DNA from: Felis catus
Lineage: Eukaryota
Direction: 5' to 3'
NCBI RefSeq assembly: GCF_018350175.1
Contig: NC_058368.1
Coordinates: 181,228,001-181,292,000 of the forward strand
Length of the DNA: 64,000 nucleotides
A program made the position numbers and the translations under genes. How positions within the stretch are numbered: position 1 is the stretch's first letter; each line of letters begins with the position of its first letter. A model generated the notes under the pieces. It was not told the origin of the DNA. It saw nothing but the letters and a program-made list of their open reading frames with translations, and did no database searches. This document shows positions 1 through 12,200 of this stretch, one piece after another.

Positions 1-187
1 TTTTTTGAGACAGAGACAGAGCATGAGCAGGGGAGGAGCAAAGAGAGAGGGAGACACAGAATCTGAAGCAGGCTCTAGGCTCTGAGCTGTCAGCACAGAG
101 CCCAACGCGGAGCTTGAACTCACAGACTGTGAAATCTTGACCTGAGATGAAGTCAGATGCTTAACTGACTAAGCCACCCAGGCATCT
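1..187 (-). mobile_element. CanSINE (feline SINEC-type), tail cut by window start
   Basis: Reverse complement of the CanSINE body: (GA)-rich linker, gaatctgaagcaggctctaggctctgagctgtcagcacagagccc, and head ...actaagccacccaggc. Confidence 0.93.
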
Positions 188-1450
188 GAGGAAAATGTAA
201 CTTTAAATCTGTGAGTCATTTGTACTTGTATAAGGTAACCCAGTAAGTCATTTATATCTGTACGAATAGACAAAACCCAATCAATTCTTTATATGATTGT
301 GCATGTAAATTCACTCTTTAAAAGGTTTTGAGTCTCCTCTTATCAACACTACTCTTCATCTCAGCTCTCCCTCTGTGTTTACTCCGTGTGTTCAGACACT
401 CTGGGCTTAAGCTATAGGCTGGAAACTCTGTGAAAGGCATAAAGATTCTCCTAAGTGCAGAGGGTGAATACATTAAGATGTAATGGAAGAGAGATGATAC
501 TAAACCAGGAAGCATGGGAATGAATTCTAGTTATAGCAACATTACTTAAAATTATAAGACTCCAGATTGTTCAAGTTTAAAGAAGCTCCCTGAAGATCAT
601 GTTCAATCTCCTTATTGTAAATGTGCAAACTAGAACAGAGACTCAAGAGTAGTTGGTCTGTAGCAGGATCAAGAATCAAAAATCTGGCTCAGAAGGCCAG
701 GGGGCAGTAATTAAACCGAAACTATTACTGACTTATTTGCTTTTTCTCCACCTAAGACTCTGATTTATAAAATTGAAAAAAATATATGCCTTTGTTCATT
801 TACTCAATTACCAATGCCTATTATATATAATCCTATATGCAGAAAAGAGTTCTCCAGATGAAACAAGTCCAGTCAGGATCAGGCTTTCTTATTGTCTTTA
901 CCATTATTAGATACACGTTTAAAGTGTACTGTTAGAGAAATGTTTCTCCTATTTTTAATCTTTCCACTTCAATCACTCCCACAATACTTACTCAAAAAAA
1001 ATTAAAGAAAAACCATATGGGAATATATAATGTAGAATTTCAAAAATCCTGAAGATAGTTGTTGGTGACAAAGGACAGCCAAAATTGGGCTAAGATATTT
1101 CTACACACATGCTGTAAGAGACAAGAGTGTGAAGAGCTTCCAGCAATTCATTTCAATGAGTTCAATAGAGATTATTTTAATACATAGTAACATCAGTCAT
1201 TGATTGAGCAGCTACAAATGCTGGGCACTTAATAAATGTCATCATATTTTTTGGTAAGTACCATACAGTGCATGATGGATTCAAAGAATGAAATTCCGAA
1301 AAGTTAAATAATTGTGTCCATTTACACAGCTAGACAGACAGACAGGCTTAAATCCCAGGTGGCTTAGTATGTGCCAGATATTACAGGGAGATTGATTCAT
1401 GCACGATTTCATTTAACCCTCTCAACAAACTTCAAAAATAGGTATTATTA

Positions 1451-1653
1451 GGAGCACCTGGGTAACTCAGTCAGTTAAGTGTCCAACTTTGGCTCAGGTC
1501 ATGATCTAACAGTTTGTGGGTTTGAGCCCCACATTGGGCTCTATGCTGATAGCTCAGAGCCTGGAGCTTGCTTCAAATTCTGTGCGTGCCTCTCTCTCTC
1601 TGCCCCTCCCCCACTCATATTCTGTCTTTCTCTCCCCAAAATAAATAAACATT
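1451..1653 (+). mobile_element. CanSINE, older CpG-depleted copy
   Basis: ggagcacctgggtaactcagtcagttaag head, B-box-like gggtttgagccc, (CT)n linker, aataaataaacatt tail. Confidence 0.93.
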
Positions 1654-1667
1654 AAGAAATTAAAAGA

Positions 1668-1872
1668 GGGGCGCCTGGGTGGCGCAGTCGGTTAAGCGTC
1701 CGACTTCAGCCAGGTCACGATCTCGCGGTCAGTGAGTTCGAGCCCCGCGTCGGGCTCTGGGCTGATGGCTCAGAGCCTGGAGCCTGTTTCCGATTCTGTG
1801 TCTCCCTCTGTCTCTGCCCCTCCCCCATTCATGCTCTGTCTTTCTCTGTCCCAAAAATAAATTAAAAAAAAA
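1668..1872 (+). mobile_element. CanSINE, young CpG-rich feline subfamily, with TSD
   Basis: ggggcgcctgggtggcgcagtcggttaagcgtccgac head with CpGs intact, poly-A tail, direct repeat aagaaattaaaagagg at 1654-1669 and 1873-1888. Confidence 0.97.
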
Positions 1873-2379
1873 AAGAAATTAAAAGAGGTATTATGATAAC
1901 TCAGATTTAAAGATGGAGTTATCCATATCAGATTAAGAAATTCAGCTCAGTTAATACAATGAATAAGCCACAAAACTGAGATTCTGCATGTAGTGCCCAT
2001 GCTTTATTCTCCAATACCCTTTTCCTCCTGGCAGCAAGGGGCAGGATACTCAACTAAACTCCACTCACGCCTAGCCCATGATATTTTGCAGTCCATTTTG
2101 ACTTCCAAATGAGCTAGTAGAACTGGAAACGAATGACCTTTCTTATCTAAGATGAATACATTTCCAATTATTGCACACTCCTGTCACATTGCATCATTCA
2201 ACATTGCTTCCTAATTCACAGCCCTCCAAATTGTCAGAATTTCTCTGGACACTTTAATTATTGAAGTTTATCTAAATAAAAAAAAAAGGCACTGTGAAAT
2301 TTGTCAGAAGACTGATTTTGTACCACTATCAAAGCAAATGCTAAATACTTTGTATGAGCTTATTAAAAAGTATTTAATG

Positions 2380-2652
2380 AAAAGGTATAAACTTCTAGTT
2401 ACAGGATGTAGTGTACAACACAATGACTATAGCTAACACTGCTGTGTGATACATAGGGAAGTTGTGAACAGAGTAAATCCTAAGAGTTCTCATCACAAAA
2501 AGAATTTTATTCCTTTTTCCCTTTTTCTCTATTTATTGTATCTATGTGAGAAGATGGTATTATGGTAATCATTTCACAATATACGTTAATCAAATCATTA
2601 GGCTGTACACCTTAAACTTACGTCAATTATTTCTCAATAAAACTGGAAAAAA
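2380..2652 (+). mobile_element. L1 (L1MB-like) 3' UTR end
   Basis: gagtaaatcctaagagttctcatcac...atcatttcacaat...tgtacaccttaaactta...ctcaataaaactggaaaaaa; similar to the copy at 16.4-16.6 kb. Confidence 0.85.
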
Positions 2653-2869
2653 GTATTCAATAGACTTATGCTCAAACTTTCTTTCTTCTTCTTTTTTTTT
2701 AATCCCAGAAGAGATGGAATTCCTCTGGATGTTTTAGAAAAGCTACAAGGTGACTAGATGCAATCATTTTGATAGGGCAGAATCATCCCCTTGTACACTA
2801 AAGATAAACTTTGTTTTCTTCTTGTGAGTGCAAGGACCTCCTAACATTGTCATCTGATTAAACTTCCAC

Positions 2870-3200
2870 GCAATAAACATTCACTGAGTACCTACTGTGT
2901 GCTATGGTTAAAGTATAAGTAGTCATGGTTTTCACCTTCACAGAATTCTGAACCTATGATTCACAAGGCACAAATAACTTATTCGATGAAAAAATAACAG
3001 CAGGAGAAGTACAGAAAATATTATGGAATCACAGGTGAGTAAGCACCCGTTTCCATCCTGGTGGTCAGGGAATGCTCTAAGAGAAAAGGAGCCATTTTCT
3101 TCTATCTTTGAAGTATTAGCATCAATTTACCAAGTGGGACAAGGGTTAGAACATTCTCTGACAGAACTGTATAGGTATTGAGAGTATGGGAAATGTAAAA
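2870..3200. mobile_element. L2 fragment, degraded
   Basis: aataaacattcactgagtacctactgtgtg L2 end motif, then ggtcagggaatgctct...acattctctgacagaa. Confidence 0.55.
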
Positions 3201-4580
3201 CATGGGAAATAAAATGGTAGATTTGAAAGCATATCCTATAACTGCAGGAAAAAGTGAAACATTAATAACATGATATTTTAATCATCAAAATATTTGATAT
3301 CCTGTATATATAATTTATGATGAGTGTCTCCTGAATTTCTTTCGGGGAGGTGGTGTTCTCTGTTGGATCTTCAGGCCTACTAAATATGACCCTTTGGGCT
3401 TACCTGTGCATGTCGGCCTATGTGATATTTCAGATATATCCTTTTTTTGCATCAAAAAGTTAAACTCAAGAATGATTTGCTTTCAATATGGAAATGCAAA
3501 GTTTTAGTTGCTCTTTTTTGTAAATAACAGTTTTCTCCTTCCATTTGAGATATGGGGGACTGGAGTTGGATGAGAAAGGAGATTGGTGGGGAAAATGGGG
3601 GACTCTTGATAAAAGATCTTATTTCCACAGAATTCATTCTTAATGCCAGGAGACAGAGGATTGATTGCATTTGAATCCATGTGGACTCTATGCTTTTCTG
3701 ATGTATTGTGGGTTATTTAAGGGTAGAACATATGCCCTCAGAAATATTTGCATAAACATTTCAGCAAGATTCCACGATCTTACTTCTCTACATGACAGAT
3801 CTGTGAACATTTCAGGAGCAGATTTCCACAGACACTGACTGAGATTTATTCTAGAAAATGAAAGTTCCAAATGTATGCTAATCGAGAAAGCATTATCCAT
3901 GGTAGAGGGCATAAGCCAACCAATTAGCCAATGAATAGAAATAAGAAAGAAGGATATCTAACTTTCTAAAGGTAGGGATTCAGAGAAGTTCTATGTTTCC
4001 TGTTTTGTTTTTTTAAAGTGTTGGTACTTATACAATAACTTTTTAGGAAGAGTTATAAAACAATAAATATTGACTATGAAGTAATCACAGAGTGTAAACA
4101 AGCCAAAAGAAGAAAAAACATAAACTGTATTTCCAAAGCATTCAACAGTTGTTATTGTTGTTTTCTGATTATATAAGCAGTAATCTAGGCTTGTTATGAA
4201 ACATTTAAAAAAATATAGAACCATGTATTCCCACTACCCCACTGTTAGCAATCTGTTGCAGAATATTCCATCCTTCCTTTCTAGGTATGTGCGTATGTGT
4301 GTGTGGCGGGGGGCAGTGGGTGGGCAGTTATGTGTATTATTTCTTCTGTAGATAGGGAGTAATACATAGGCAGTTTTTGACATTGTTATCTGAATGCATG
4401 AATTCATATCTTGGATATTTTTTAAGAGATGACACCCTGTTTTCTTATTGTTTCTAACTTACCTACTTATCTATTTAGTTATTTTTAAAACTCTGGATTC
4501 CTGCAATAGAGGTATTTTGTTGTTCATGAAGGCAGAAGAAGCTGTTATACAAATATTGGATATTGTTGATATTTTATTCA

Positions 4581-4791
4581 TTTTTTTGTGTTTTAGTTAT
4601 TCTTGTGAGAGAGAGAGACAGAGCATGAGTAGGGGAGGGGCAGAGAGAAAGGGAGACACAGAATCTGAAGCAGGCTCCAGGCTCTCACCTGTCAGCACAA
4701 AGCCCGATGGCGGGACTCGAAGTCACAAACAGTGAGATCATGACCTGAGCTGAAGTCAGACGCTTAACTAACTGAGCCACCCAGGCGCCCC
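4581..4791 (-). mobile_element. CanSINE
   Basis: T-rich tail, (GA)n, cacagaatctgaagcaggctccaggctct, ends ctgagccacccaggcgcccc. Confidence 0.95.
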
Positions 4792-6049
4792 TCTTCTTTT
4801 TTCTAAGGCCATAAATAAATTTATTACTCCTTGGACAGGTTTTTTCTTCCTTTGTTAGGTGGGTTGGTCATTTGCAAGGAAAGCAATCTCTGGATATGCA
4901 GAAACACACATTCACTCCCCAATCCATGACCTTATAATTAGGAGATAATAGACATATCTTGAAATATAATACTACTAATAAGAATAATACAAACTATCCT
5001 CTTCTAACAGTGTCAACCAAGTCATATGACTACAGAAAATACTTGCTAAGGAATAGAAACAGGTTTCGCTATTTACTTCCCTATTTTCCCCTCACAGTTC
5101 TCAAAGAAGACTATAATCTGGTAGAAATTTGAGGTCCAAAGTTATTTCTACGTTAGAGCTCCTGAGATGAGAATATTGAAGTATTTCAGTCTAAAAGGTG
5201 ATAGCCAGTGAGAAATTGCCATGAGTCCATTAGAAATGGAAGAAAGTGAGAACTGGTCTTCTAAGTCACAGGGTATCTTTCATATAGAGAGGTCGACCCT
5301 ACAGAAATTTCCATGTTCTTGAAATCTTATTTTACTTAATCTTTTGCTAAGGAATTACCAGCATATCTTGCATTCTTTTTGATAGCAAATCCCAGTAGGG
5401 CTGAGCCATATGTTACCCCTTAGTTCTTGGAATAGAGTGCTTAGGTTAGTACTTTGGAAGCTCAAGACCTATAAATAACTCCTCAAGGAAACACCATTAT
5501 ATAGGAGAATATAACCTTAAAAAAGACTGACATTTGGATATTGGTCAAAATATTACCCCTTAGCATTAAAGTATGTCATCACAGTGTCAAAATATTGTGA
5601 CACATTATGGTGTCACATCAGATGAACCCCCACAAAGTACCAGGCTAAGCAATCCATTTACACATATTTGCGCAAAGGAAATCCTTTTTGATATTCTAAA
5701 GGGTGGTGAGCAGCTTGAAGAGAGGGCAGTGTGTAATTTATGCACTTGATTTGGAAACTGGCCAACACATTTTGGGAAGATAGACACAGAAACTGCTCAT
5801 CAAGCTGATTAACAAACACAAACAAGGGATGATTCTTGTTAACAGCACCAGGTTGAGAAATACCAAAATATTGTGTTTCCCATTAGACACTTGCAAGACT
5901 AGCCGTGGGCACCACTTCAGATGTGTTATTGTTTGTGCTGCTAGCTTTCTCCAGGTGGGATGAGAATTTAATTTATAGTAGAGAGAGTCCTGGCATTTCT
6001 TTTTACCCCATTATTTGGGAGGGTGTGAACATTTTTATATAGTAAGAGA

Positions 6050-6567
6050 CTGATTCTCAACTCTGGTTGCATATCAGATTCCCTTGGTGTTATGGACTGA
6101 ATGTTCCTTTAAATTCATAAATTGTAACCCTAATCCCAATATGATGATATTTTGAGGTGGGACATTTGGAAGTAATTAGGCTATGGGAGTGGGGGCCGCT
6201 ATGGATGGGATTAGGGCTCTTAAAAGATAAAGCCAGAGAGCGAACTCACTCCTACTCCATGTGAGGATACAGAAAGTCAGCAGTCTGCAACTTGGTAGAC
6301 AGTTCTCACCAGAATCCAACCAGGCTGATACCCTAACCTCGGACTTCCAGCTTCCAAAACAATAAGAAATAAATCTCTGTTGTTTATAAGCCACCCAGTT
6401 TATGGTATTTTGTTATAGCAGCCTTTACTAAGACATTTGGGGAGTTGTTACAGAAACATCAATGGCCTGGGTTCCCATCACCAGTAATTTTGATATAACT
6501 GATCTGTGGGTGGGAAGGAGACCATGCTTTGGTATTTTTTGAAAGCTTGTCAGATGATCATAATATA
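6050..6567. mobile_element. MER5B-like hAT MITE interrupted by an MLT1 LTR
   Basis: tgattctcaactctggttgcatatcagattcccttgg [LTR] ggagttg...ggtattttttgaaagcttgtcagatgatcataat. Confidence 0.65.
6088..6435 (+). mobile_element. MLT1A-like MaLR solo LTR
   Basis: Starts tgttatggactgaatg, ends aataaatctctgttgtttataagccacccagtttatggtattttgttatagcagcc...ctaagaca; flanked by cttgg/tttgg (5 bp TSD, one mismatch). Confidence 0.9.
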
Positions 6568-6582
6568 CAGGCAGTTTCATAG

Positions 6583-6738
6583 GCTACTCAAAGTGTAATC
6601 TTCAGATCGTCAGCACCAACCCCACATGGGGGCTTAAAAATACAGAATTGAGTCCCACCCAGAATAACTGAATCAGAATCTGCATTTTAACATGATTCCC
6701 CAGTGAATTATGGACACATTATATTTTGAGAAGCACTA
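6583..6738. mobile_element. MER5A-like hAT MITE
   Basis: gctactcaaagtgt...actgaatcagaatctgcattttaacatgattccccagtga...tttgagaagcact. Confidence 0.8.
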
Positions 6739-6939
6739 CCATAGAGGAAGGAAACAGAATAATAGATATTTACCAATATTTGATAATAAAATAATACTGA
6801 TTAAAATAACAGTCATAGCCAATGCATTTTAGGTGTTTACTATGTGCCAGGCACCTTCTCTAAACACTTCACATGCATTAACCCCATTAATTCTCAAAGC
6901 AACCCAGAAGGGATATATTTTCATTGTCTCTATTTTCCA

Positions 6940-7102
6940 GTTTTGAGATAATTGACATATAACATTGTGTAAGTTTAAGATGTACAACATAATGATTTGA
7001 TATATGGGTATACTTTGAAATGATTATCACAATAAGTTCAGTTAACATCCATCACCTCACATAGTTACAATCATTTTTTGTGTGTGATGAAAACTTTTAA
7101 GA
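6940..7102 (-). mobile_element. L1MA-like 3' end, antisense
   Basis: ttgagataattgacatataacattgtgtaagtttaagatgtacaac...catccatcacctcacatagttac. Confidence 0.85.
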
Positions 7103-7121
7103 GCCATAATGGTTGTTCCTA

Positions 7122-7343
7122 TTTTTTTAATGTTTATTTTTTATTTATTTTTGACAGAGAGAGAGAGAGAGACAGAGCATGAGCGGGGGAGGGGCAGAGA
7201 GAGAGGGAGACACAGAATCTGAAACAGGCTCCAGGCTCTGAGCTGTCAGCACAGAGCCCCACGTGGGGCTCAAACTCACAGACCATGAGATCATGACCTG
7301 AGCAGAAGTTGGACGCTCAACCGACTGAGCCACCCAGGCGCCC
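7122..7343 (-). mobile_element. CanSINE with TSD
   Basis: Full antisense body; flanking repeat ttcctattttt(t)taa at 7116-7130 and 7347-7360. Confidence 0.96.
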
Positions 7344-7999
7344 TTTTTCCTATTTTTTAAATGAGAAAGCTGAGAGAACTTGAGCAAGTTCTCACAGCTA
7401 TTGGTGGCAGATTGGGCCCCTGCAAGAATTTCTCCTCTGTATTAAAAAATAAAACACATAGCTTCACAGCCAATGGTGAATGAAGTTGAAGAATCTGACA
7501 TTCTAACTTGCTGGCCTAATTTAGCAATGCTGACTCCACAGTGATGAAGGTCTACATGAAATGTGAATGGCTTTGCCATCATTACCTATAAAAAATTATA
7601 GTCAACATAGCCAAGATGAATATCCAGTAAATGTAAGATATTCTAGGGGCAATCTAGGGGCACTGTTATCTCTAAGGTACTCAAGGATCAGATCAGATTT
7701 AAGATTTTGAATTTGCATATTCACTTCATTCCAGGATCAGGAAGCCATTTGATTTCAGTCAAGGCCACAGAGTCATAGGTAACATCTCCAGAAAGGAAAT
7801 ATTGCACTAATGCTTTTTCTTCTTCTTCTTCTTAAGAAGAGTTGCATTTGGGGAGTTATTTTCTCAAAGCAGCAAGGTTTCCCCTGGTCAATCAAAAATA
7901 AATATTATTCTATTAAGTGCTAAAGAAATGTTTGTTGAGGTAATGAATATGTATGTATACAAAGTGCCCTTTCAAAGGAAATTTTACTCTGTTTTTTGA

Positions 8000-8780
8000 C
8001 ATTACATACTGGAAGCCCTTGAAGTGAATGTGGCCCATACATGGGTTTTATTGGCACATGTGGACTTTTTTTTTCCCCTCAATGAGGCAACATCAAATAT
8101 CAGGGGATTTCACTTACAAAAACAGACATAAAATCCAGCTTCTAGCTTTTCTTTTAAAATTGGAAAATCTGGCAACACTGAGCCTGTGTTCCTATGAACA
8201 ACAATTATTTAATACTGCATGGCTATTCTCACAGTAGTGAAACACATGCTAACAGGTTACCTGTTGCCCCACCTGTACTGGGCTGAATGGTAGCTCTAAG
8301 AAATATTTGTCTGTGTCCTAATTCCCAGATCCTGCAAATATTCTTTTATGGTAAAAGAGTGAATGTAGCCCTAGATGGCAAAAGATATGATTAAGCGTGA
8401 TCTTGAGAGGGAAAGCTTACCCTGAATTATCTGGGTGGACCCTCAATGCCCTCATATGTATCATTACATGAAAAAGGCAGAGAGAGACAGACATACAGAG
8501 AATGTGGCCAAGGTGGAGCAGAGGTAGATGTAGTTGCAAGCCAAGAAATGCTAACAGCCTCTAGAAGCTAGAAAGGGCAAGGAGCAGAGGGAATACAGCC
8601 CTATGAACATCTTGACTTTGGACTTCTGGACTACAGAACAGTGAGAGAATAAATTTCTGTTGTTTTAAGCCACCCATTTTGTGGTATTCTGTTATGGTAG
8701 CTCTAGGAAACTAATATACTACCACTTGCACATAGGTGTCCATGCATTTACACGGGTGAAATTGCTCATTTTTTATTAGG
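8000..8780. mobile_element. MER102-like hAT element interrupted by an MLT1 LTR
   Basis: atcaggggatttcac...ataaaatccagcttctagcttttcttttaaaattggaaaatctggcaacactgagcctg matches the recalled MER102 core. Confidence 0.6.
8274..8718 (+). mobile_element. MLT1 (C/D-like) MaLR solo LTR
   Basis: tgtactgggctgaatggt start, aataaatttctgttgttttaagccacc...ctaggaaactaatata end; flanks ccacc/ctacc. Confidence 0.88.
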
Positions 8781-9049
8781 ATACAGACATTTTTGTTGGA
8801 TAAAATGGACAAAGTAGGACATTGTAGCAGTAGCAACAACTCCTATCTCCTAGGGCATGGTATTCTCCAAATCTAGGCAGTGTCTCTTACACTAGATCTA
8901 GTTTATATTTGTTCATTTTTGTCCTTTGCCAGGATACTGTTATCTTAATATAAAAGATAGGGCTTTCCAATTGATTTATATTTTTATATTCCAACTTTAT
9001 AAAATGCCAGAAAGAATATATTTACCATCAGGTATGAAATAAATAATAT

Positions 9050-9200
9050 AGGCAAATAATCCTTGGAGACTGAATATTCCATAGACCTCATTTTACAAAG
9101 GGGAAAATTAGACCTAGGGAAAAAAATGAGGCATCCAAGGTCATAGAGATAATTAGAGCAGAGACAGACACCAATCATCTCACACCTGGTTAATTGTTCA
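9050..9200 (-). mobile_element. MIR fragment
   Basis: ctcattttacaaaggggaaaattagacctag...ccaaggtcatagag. Confidence 0.55.
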
Positions 9201-10629
9201 TTTCCCATTCCAGCTCCCTTTTATGACCATGTGAGCCCTAACTCTTAATTTTTGATCATTGAAATAAGGTTGACTGTGAAAACCGTTATTAGACTGCCAT
9301 TTTTGTTTAAAAGTAAGTATAAACATGCTCTGAACCTATGAAAGGAGATGCTTTAAGTCCATCTCAAATTAGGACTTTTTTCTAAGCAAACTAATTTATC
9401 CATAACATTTAAATTACTTCATGTTTAACTATTAAAAGGTCTTGTCATAACATATGCATTGTCTAAATCACTAAAGAGTATGGATATTAAGAGAAATTGG
9501 ACAGGGAGAACTCAACTGGTGACTTTCTCAAGGTAAGAGAGAAATGCAAGAGAATATATACTAATCCATTTATTAGAAAGGTTTCAAAAGTCTTAAGAAA
9601 ACCTGAAAAACATGATTGCACTGTACAATTTGAGGGTTAATATAGAAAGTTCAGTACTCAAAGGATACTATAAATTAATATTGTGTACCAGTGTTCTTTT
9701 GGTAGATGAAAAAAAAAGTAGAGTAAAGCTTTTTAATTAAATTTTTTCTAAAAACAATTTTTTTAAAGCAATCACAGACACTCCAATAAGGCAAGAGCTG
9801 ACTGATAAAGTGTTGCATTAGCTAACTTTTACACCTTTCTAAGCCTCAGGTGGCCAAGTCACATTTGGACTCTATTCTGCATAAATTTCACACTCCAACA
9901 CAACAGCAATATTTTCTTTAATGCTGAGCCCAAAGCTCCCTAAAAACACATGGAGTCTGCATTGCTGGAACTAATTCATGAAATAATAAGGATTTCTGCA
10001 ACCAGTCAGAAGGCATATTAAAATGCCATGTCAATATTTGGCTGTGCCAAGAACCTACCATACCCAGTGATAAGCTTGATTCACTAATGCCCACTATAAC
10101 CCTTACACGATAAATGCTTTTCCAGAGTTCCTGAATAAATTCAGTGGCTTTCACCACATCTAGTTCTAGCCATGCCACAGCCTGTTTATTAAAAGTCAAG
10201 AATATTCAGAATTTGAGTATCATTTATATATCCTTCTTTTCATGAGCAGAGGTACTAGAGATAAAAATAACTGACCCTCTTAAGAAGAAAAATCAAATAT
10301 TTGAGTATAGAAATACTTATTTTTACTGGCTCAAATAATAGATTTATTTTAATCCACTTAATCTGAGATGCTGAAAGTTAATTTTGGCAACCGTGGTCTC
10401 TGGATATGAATAGCCTGGATGTTGTTTATTTCTGAGACCCATCTATCATGGCACATGATGGTCTGTATCACCCTCTACCCTTCCAGAATGCTCAGTTAGC
10501 TCCATTTGACCATGTTATTGACTACTTGGTCCTTACATCGTCTCCATCACACCAAATCTTGGCTAATTAACTAGAGGTGAGCCCAACTGATAGGAGAAAA
10601 TTTCGAGTAGATCATGGCAAAGAGTAGGG

Positions 10630-10632
<3 letters not shown>

Positions 10633-10672
<40 letters not shown>
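10633..10672. repeat. (CA)20 microsatellite
   Basis: Direct reading. Confidence 0.98.
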
Positions 10673-10676
<4 letters not shown>

Positions 10677-11545
10677 CAAACCTCCTGTATCATGGTCAGA
10701 GCACTAGAATGATGAATCATGAACTGTATTTTGCAGAGGTCTCTGGCACCTTTTTGGAAGTAGAACAATCTGTCTCTAGAAGAATCTACTTTTATTCAGA
10801 ACATTTCTATCTTCATCATCCATAGATCTAATGGGCCAACTTTCCATATTATCATCTTCATATAAAATCCCATCTTCCCACGCCTTACTGAAGAAACATG
10901 AATGAGTCTGTTTCTTGCAAGCAAGAGAGAAATTAACTAAAAACATTATATAAACCTAAGCATTCATCCTATGATGTTGCACCATTCTCCAGGTTTGATT
11001 ATGTACTATTTGAGATATCTTTTTACTTCCTGCAGAGATCCTGCTGTTTCATAACCACTTTGTTTGATGTTATATGGGCATCTAAAGTATAGCCATCTTG
11101 ATATGCATTGCTCAATAAGACCTAATCTAACACAGACACATACTGGCTACAGAGTATACCAAAATACTTTAAAGCTCAAATGTGCACTTCCCCAACTGCT
11201 CCTTGCTGGGTATTTTAAGGCATTGGTTGATTAAATATCTGGTATCATTAACTCTAATTTTAACTTCAATTAAATGTTTAGGCTCCATTTAGTCTACACT
11301 CACAAAATGGTGAATCAAGGTTCTAATTTCCAACATTTTGTAACATGATTCTTCAGTTTCAGAACATTTTCTATGTTGTTTTCAACATCCTAAAGTACTC
11401 ATTTACCATATCCTAAAAAAATTCATCATGTAAACGTCATATTGAAGTTAAAACTAACATTAAGTTAAAATTTAATTTGACATGTTTCTGGGAGTACCTA
11501 TCTAAATCCAAACCAGCTATGTGTGTACAGATGTATGTGTGCACA

Positions 11546-11548
<3 letters not shown>

Positions 11549-11580
<32 letters not shown>
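11549..11580. repeat. (GT)16 microsatellite
   Basis: Direct reading. Confidence 0.97.
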
Positions 11581-11582
<2 letters not shown>

Positions 11583-12039
11583 AAAAAATCACCTTTTGGT
11601 TGTGAATTACAGATGAAAAATAATTTCTAAGAAATGATAAATTCAGACACTTTTGACATCTAGATGAATTGGTTAAAATTTTCAGAATCTCCCTTGTCTT
11701 CTCTTCATGAACTAAAATTTTTACTTAAAGGTATATGAAATTAAACACTGAGCTTTGGGGTACCTTGAATTTTTCCTTTTTTTTGAAAGTAATATAACAA
11801 TTTTGGCTCTTGAGCCTTTGGCTCCAACATGTAATAATTTGTATACTACACACACAGAATCCTTCTTCAAGAAAAATATATTGTTTTAGCATAGACAATG
11901 ATATTCCAGGCTGAATAATTCAATGTCTCAGAACTTCTGATGTTAATGTTTAATGTCCTTGACATTCCTCCTATGTAAAGGGATCAATGATAGATCTGGG
12001 AGTGAAATTTAGATCAAGGACCTTAACTGATCAACAAGT

Positions 12040-12200
12040 CAACAGTTATTTAGTGAACTGTTATATACTTAGCACTGGAACAAAGCCTGTAGGAAATGTA
12101 AAATAAAGATAAGTCATAGTTTCTTCCTTGGAAGAGGTTCTAACCTGGATAAGGAGACAATATTTAGGCATAAGAAGCCGTGAGATAACTACATAGGACA
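12040..12200. mobile_element. L2 fragment
   Basis: caacagttatttagtgaac...aaataaagataagtcatagtttcttccttggaagaggttc. Confidence 0.5.

Larger units (their letters stand above)
1360..2010 (-). mobile_element. MIR fragment split by two CanSINEs
   Basis: atttcatttaaccctctcaacaaac...aggtattat [SINEs] ...atttaaagatggag resembles the antisense MIR core. Confidence 0.6.
6810..7415 (-). mobile_element. MIR split by an L1 fragment and a CanSINE
   Basis: tttactatgtgccaggcac...ccattaattctcaaagcaacc at the left, and aatgagaaagctgag...ctcacagctattggtggcaga after the SINE. Confidence 0.6.

Noticed and set aside
1668..1750. tRNA-like A/B-box sequences (also in the other SINE heads)
   Set aside because: They are tRNA-derived CanSINE heads followed by a CT-rich linker and A-tail, not tRNA genes
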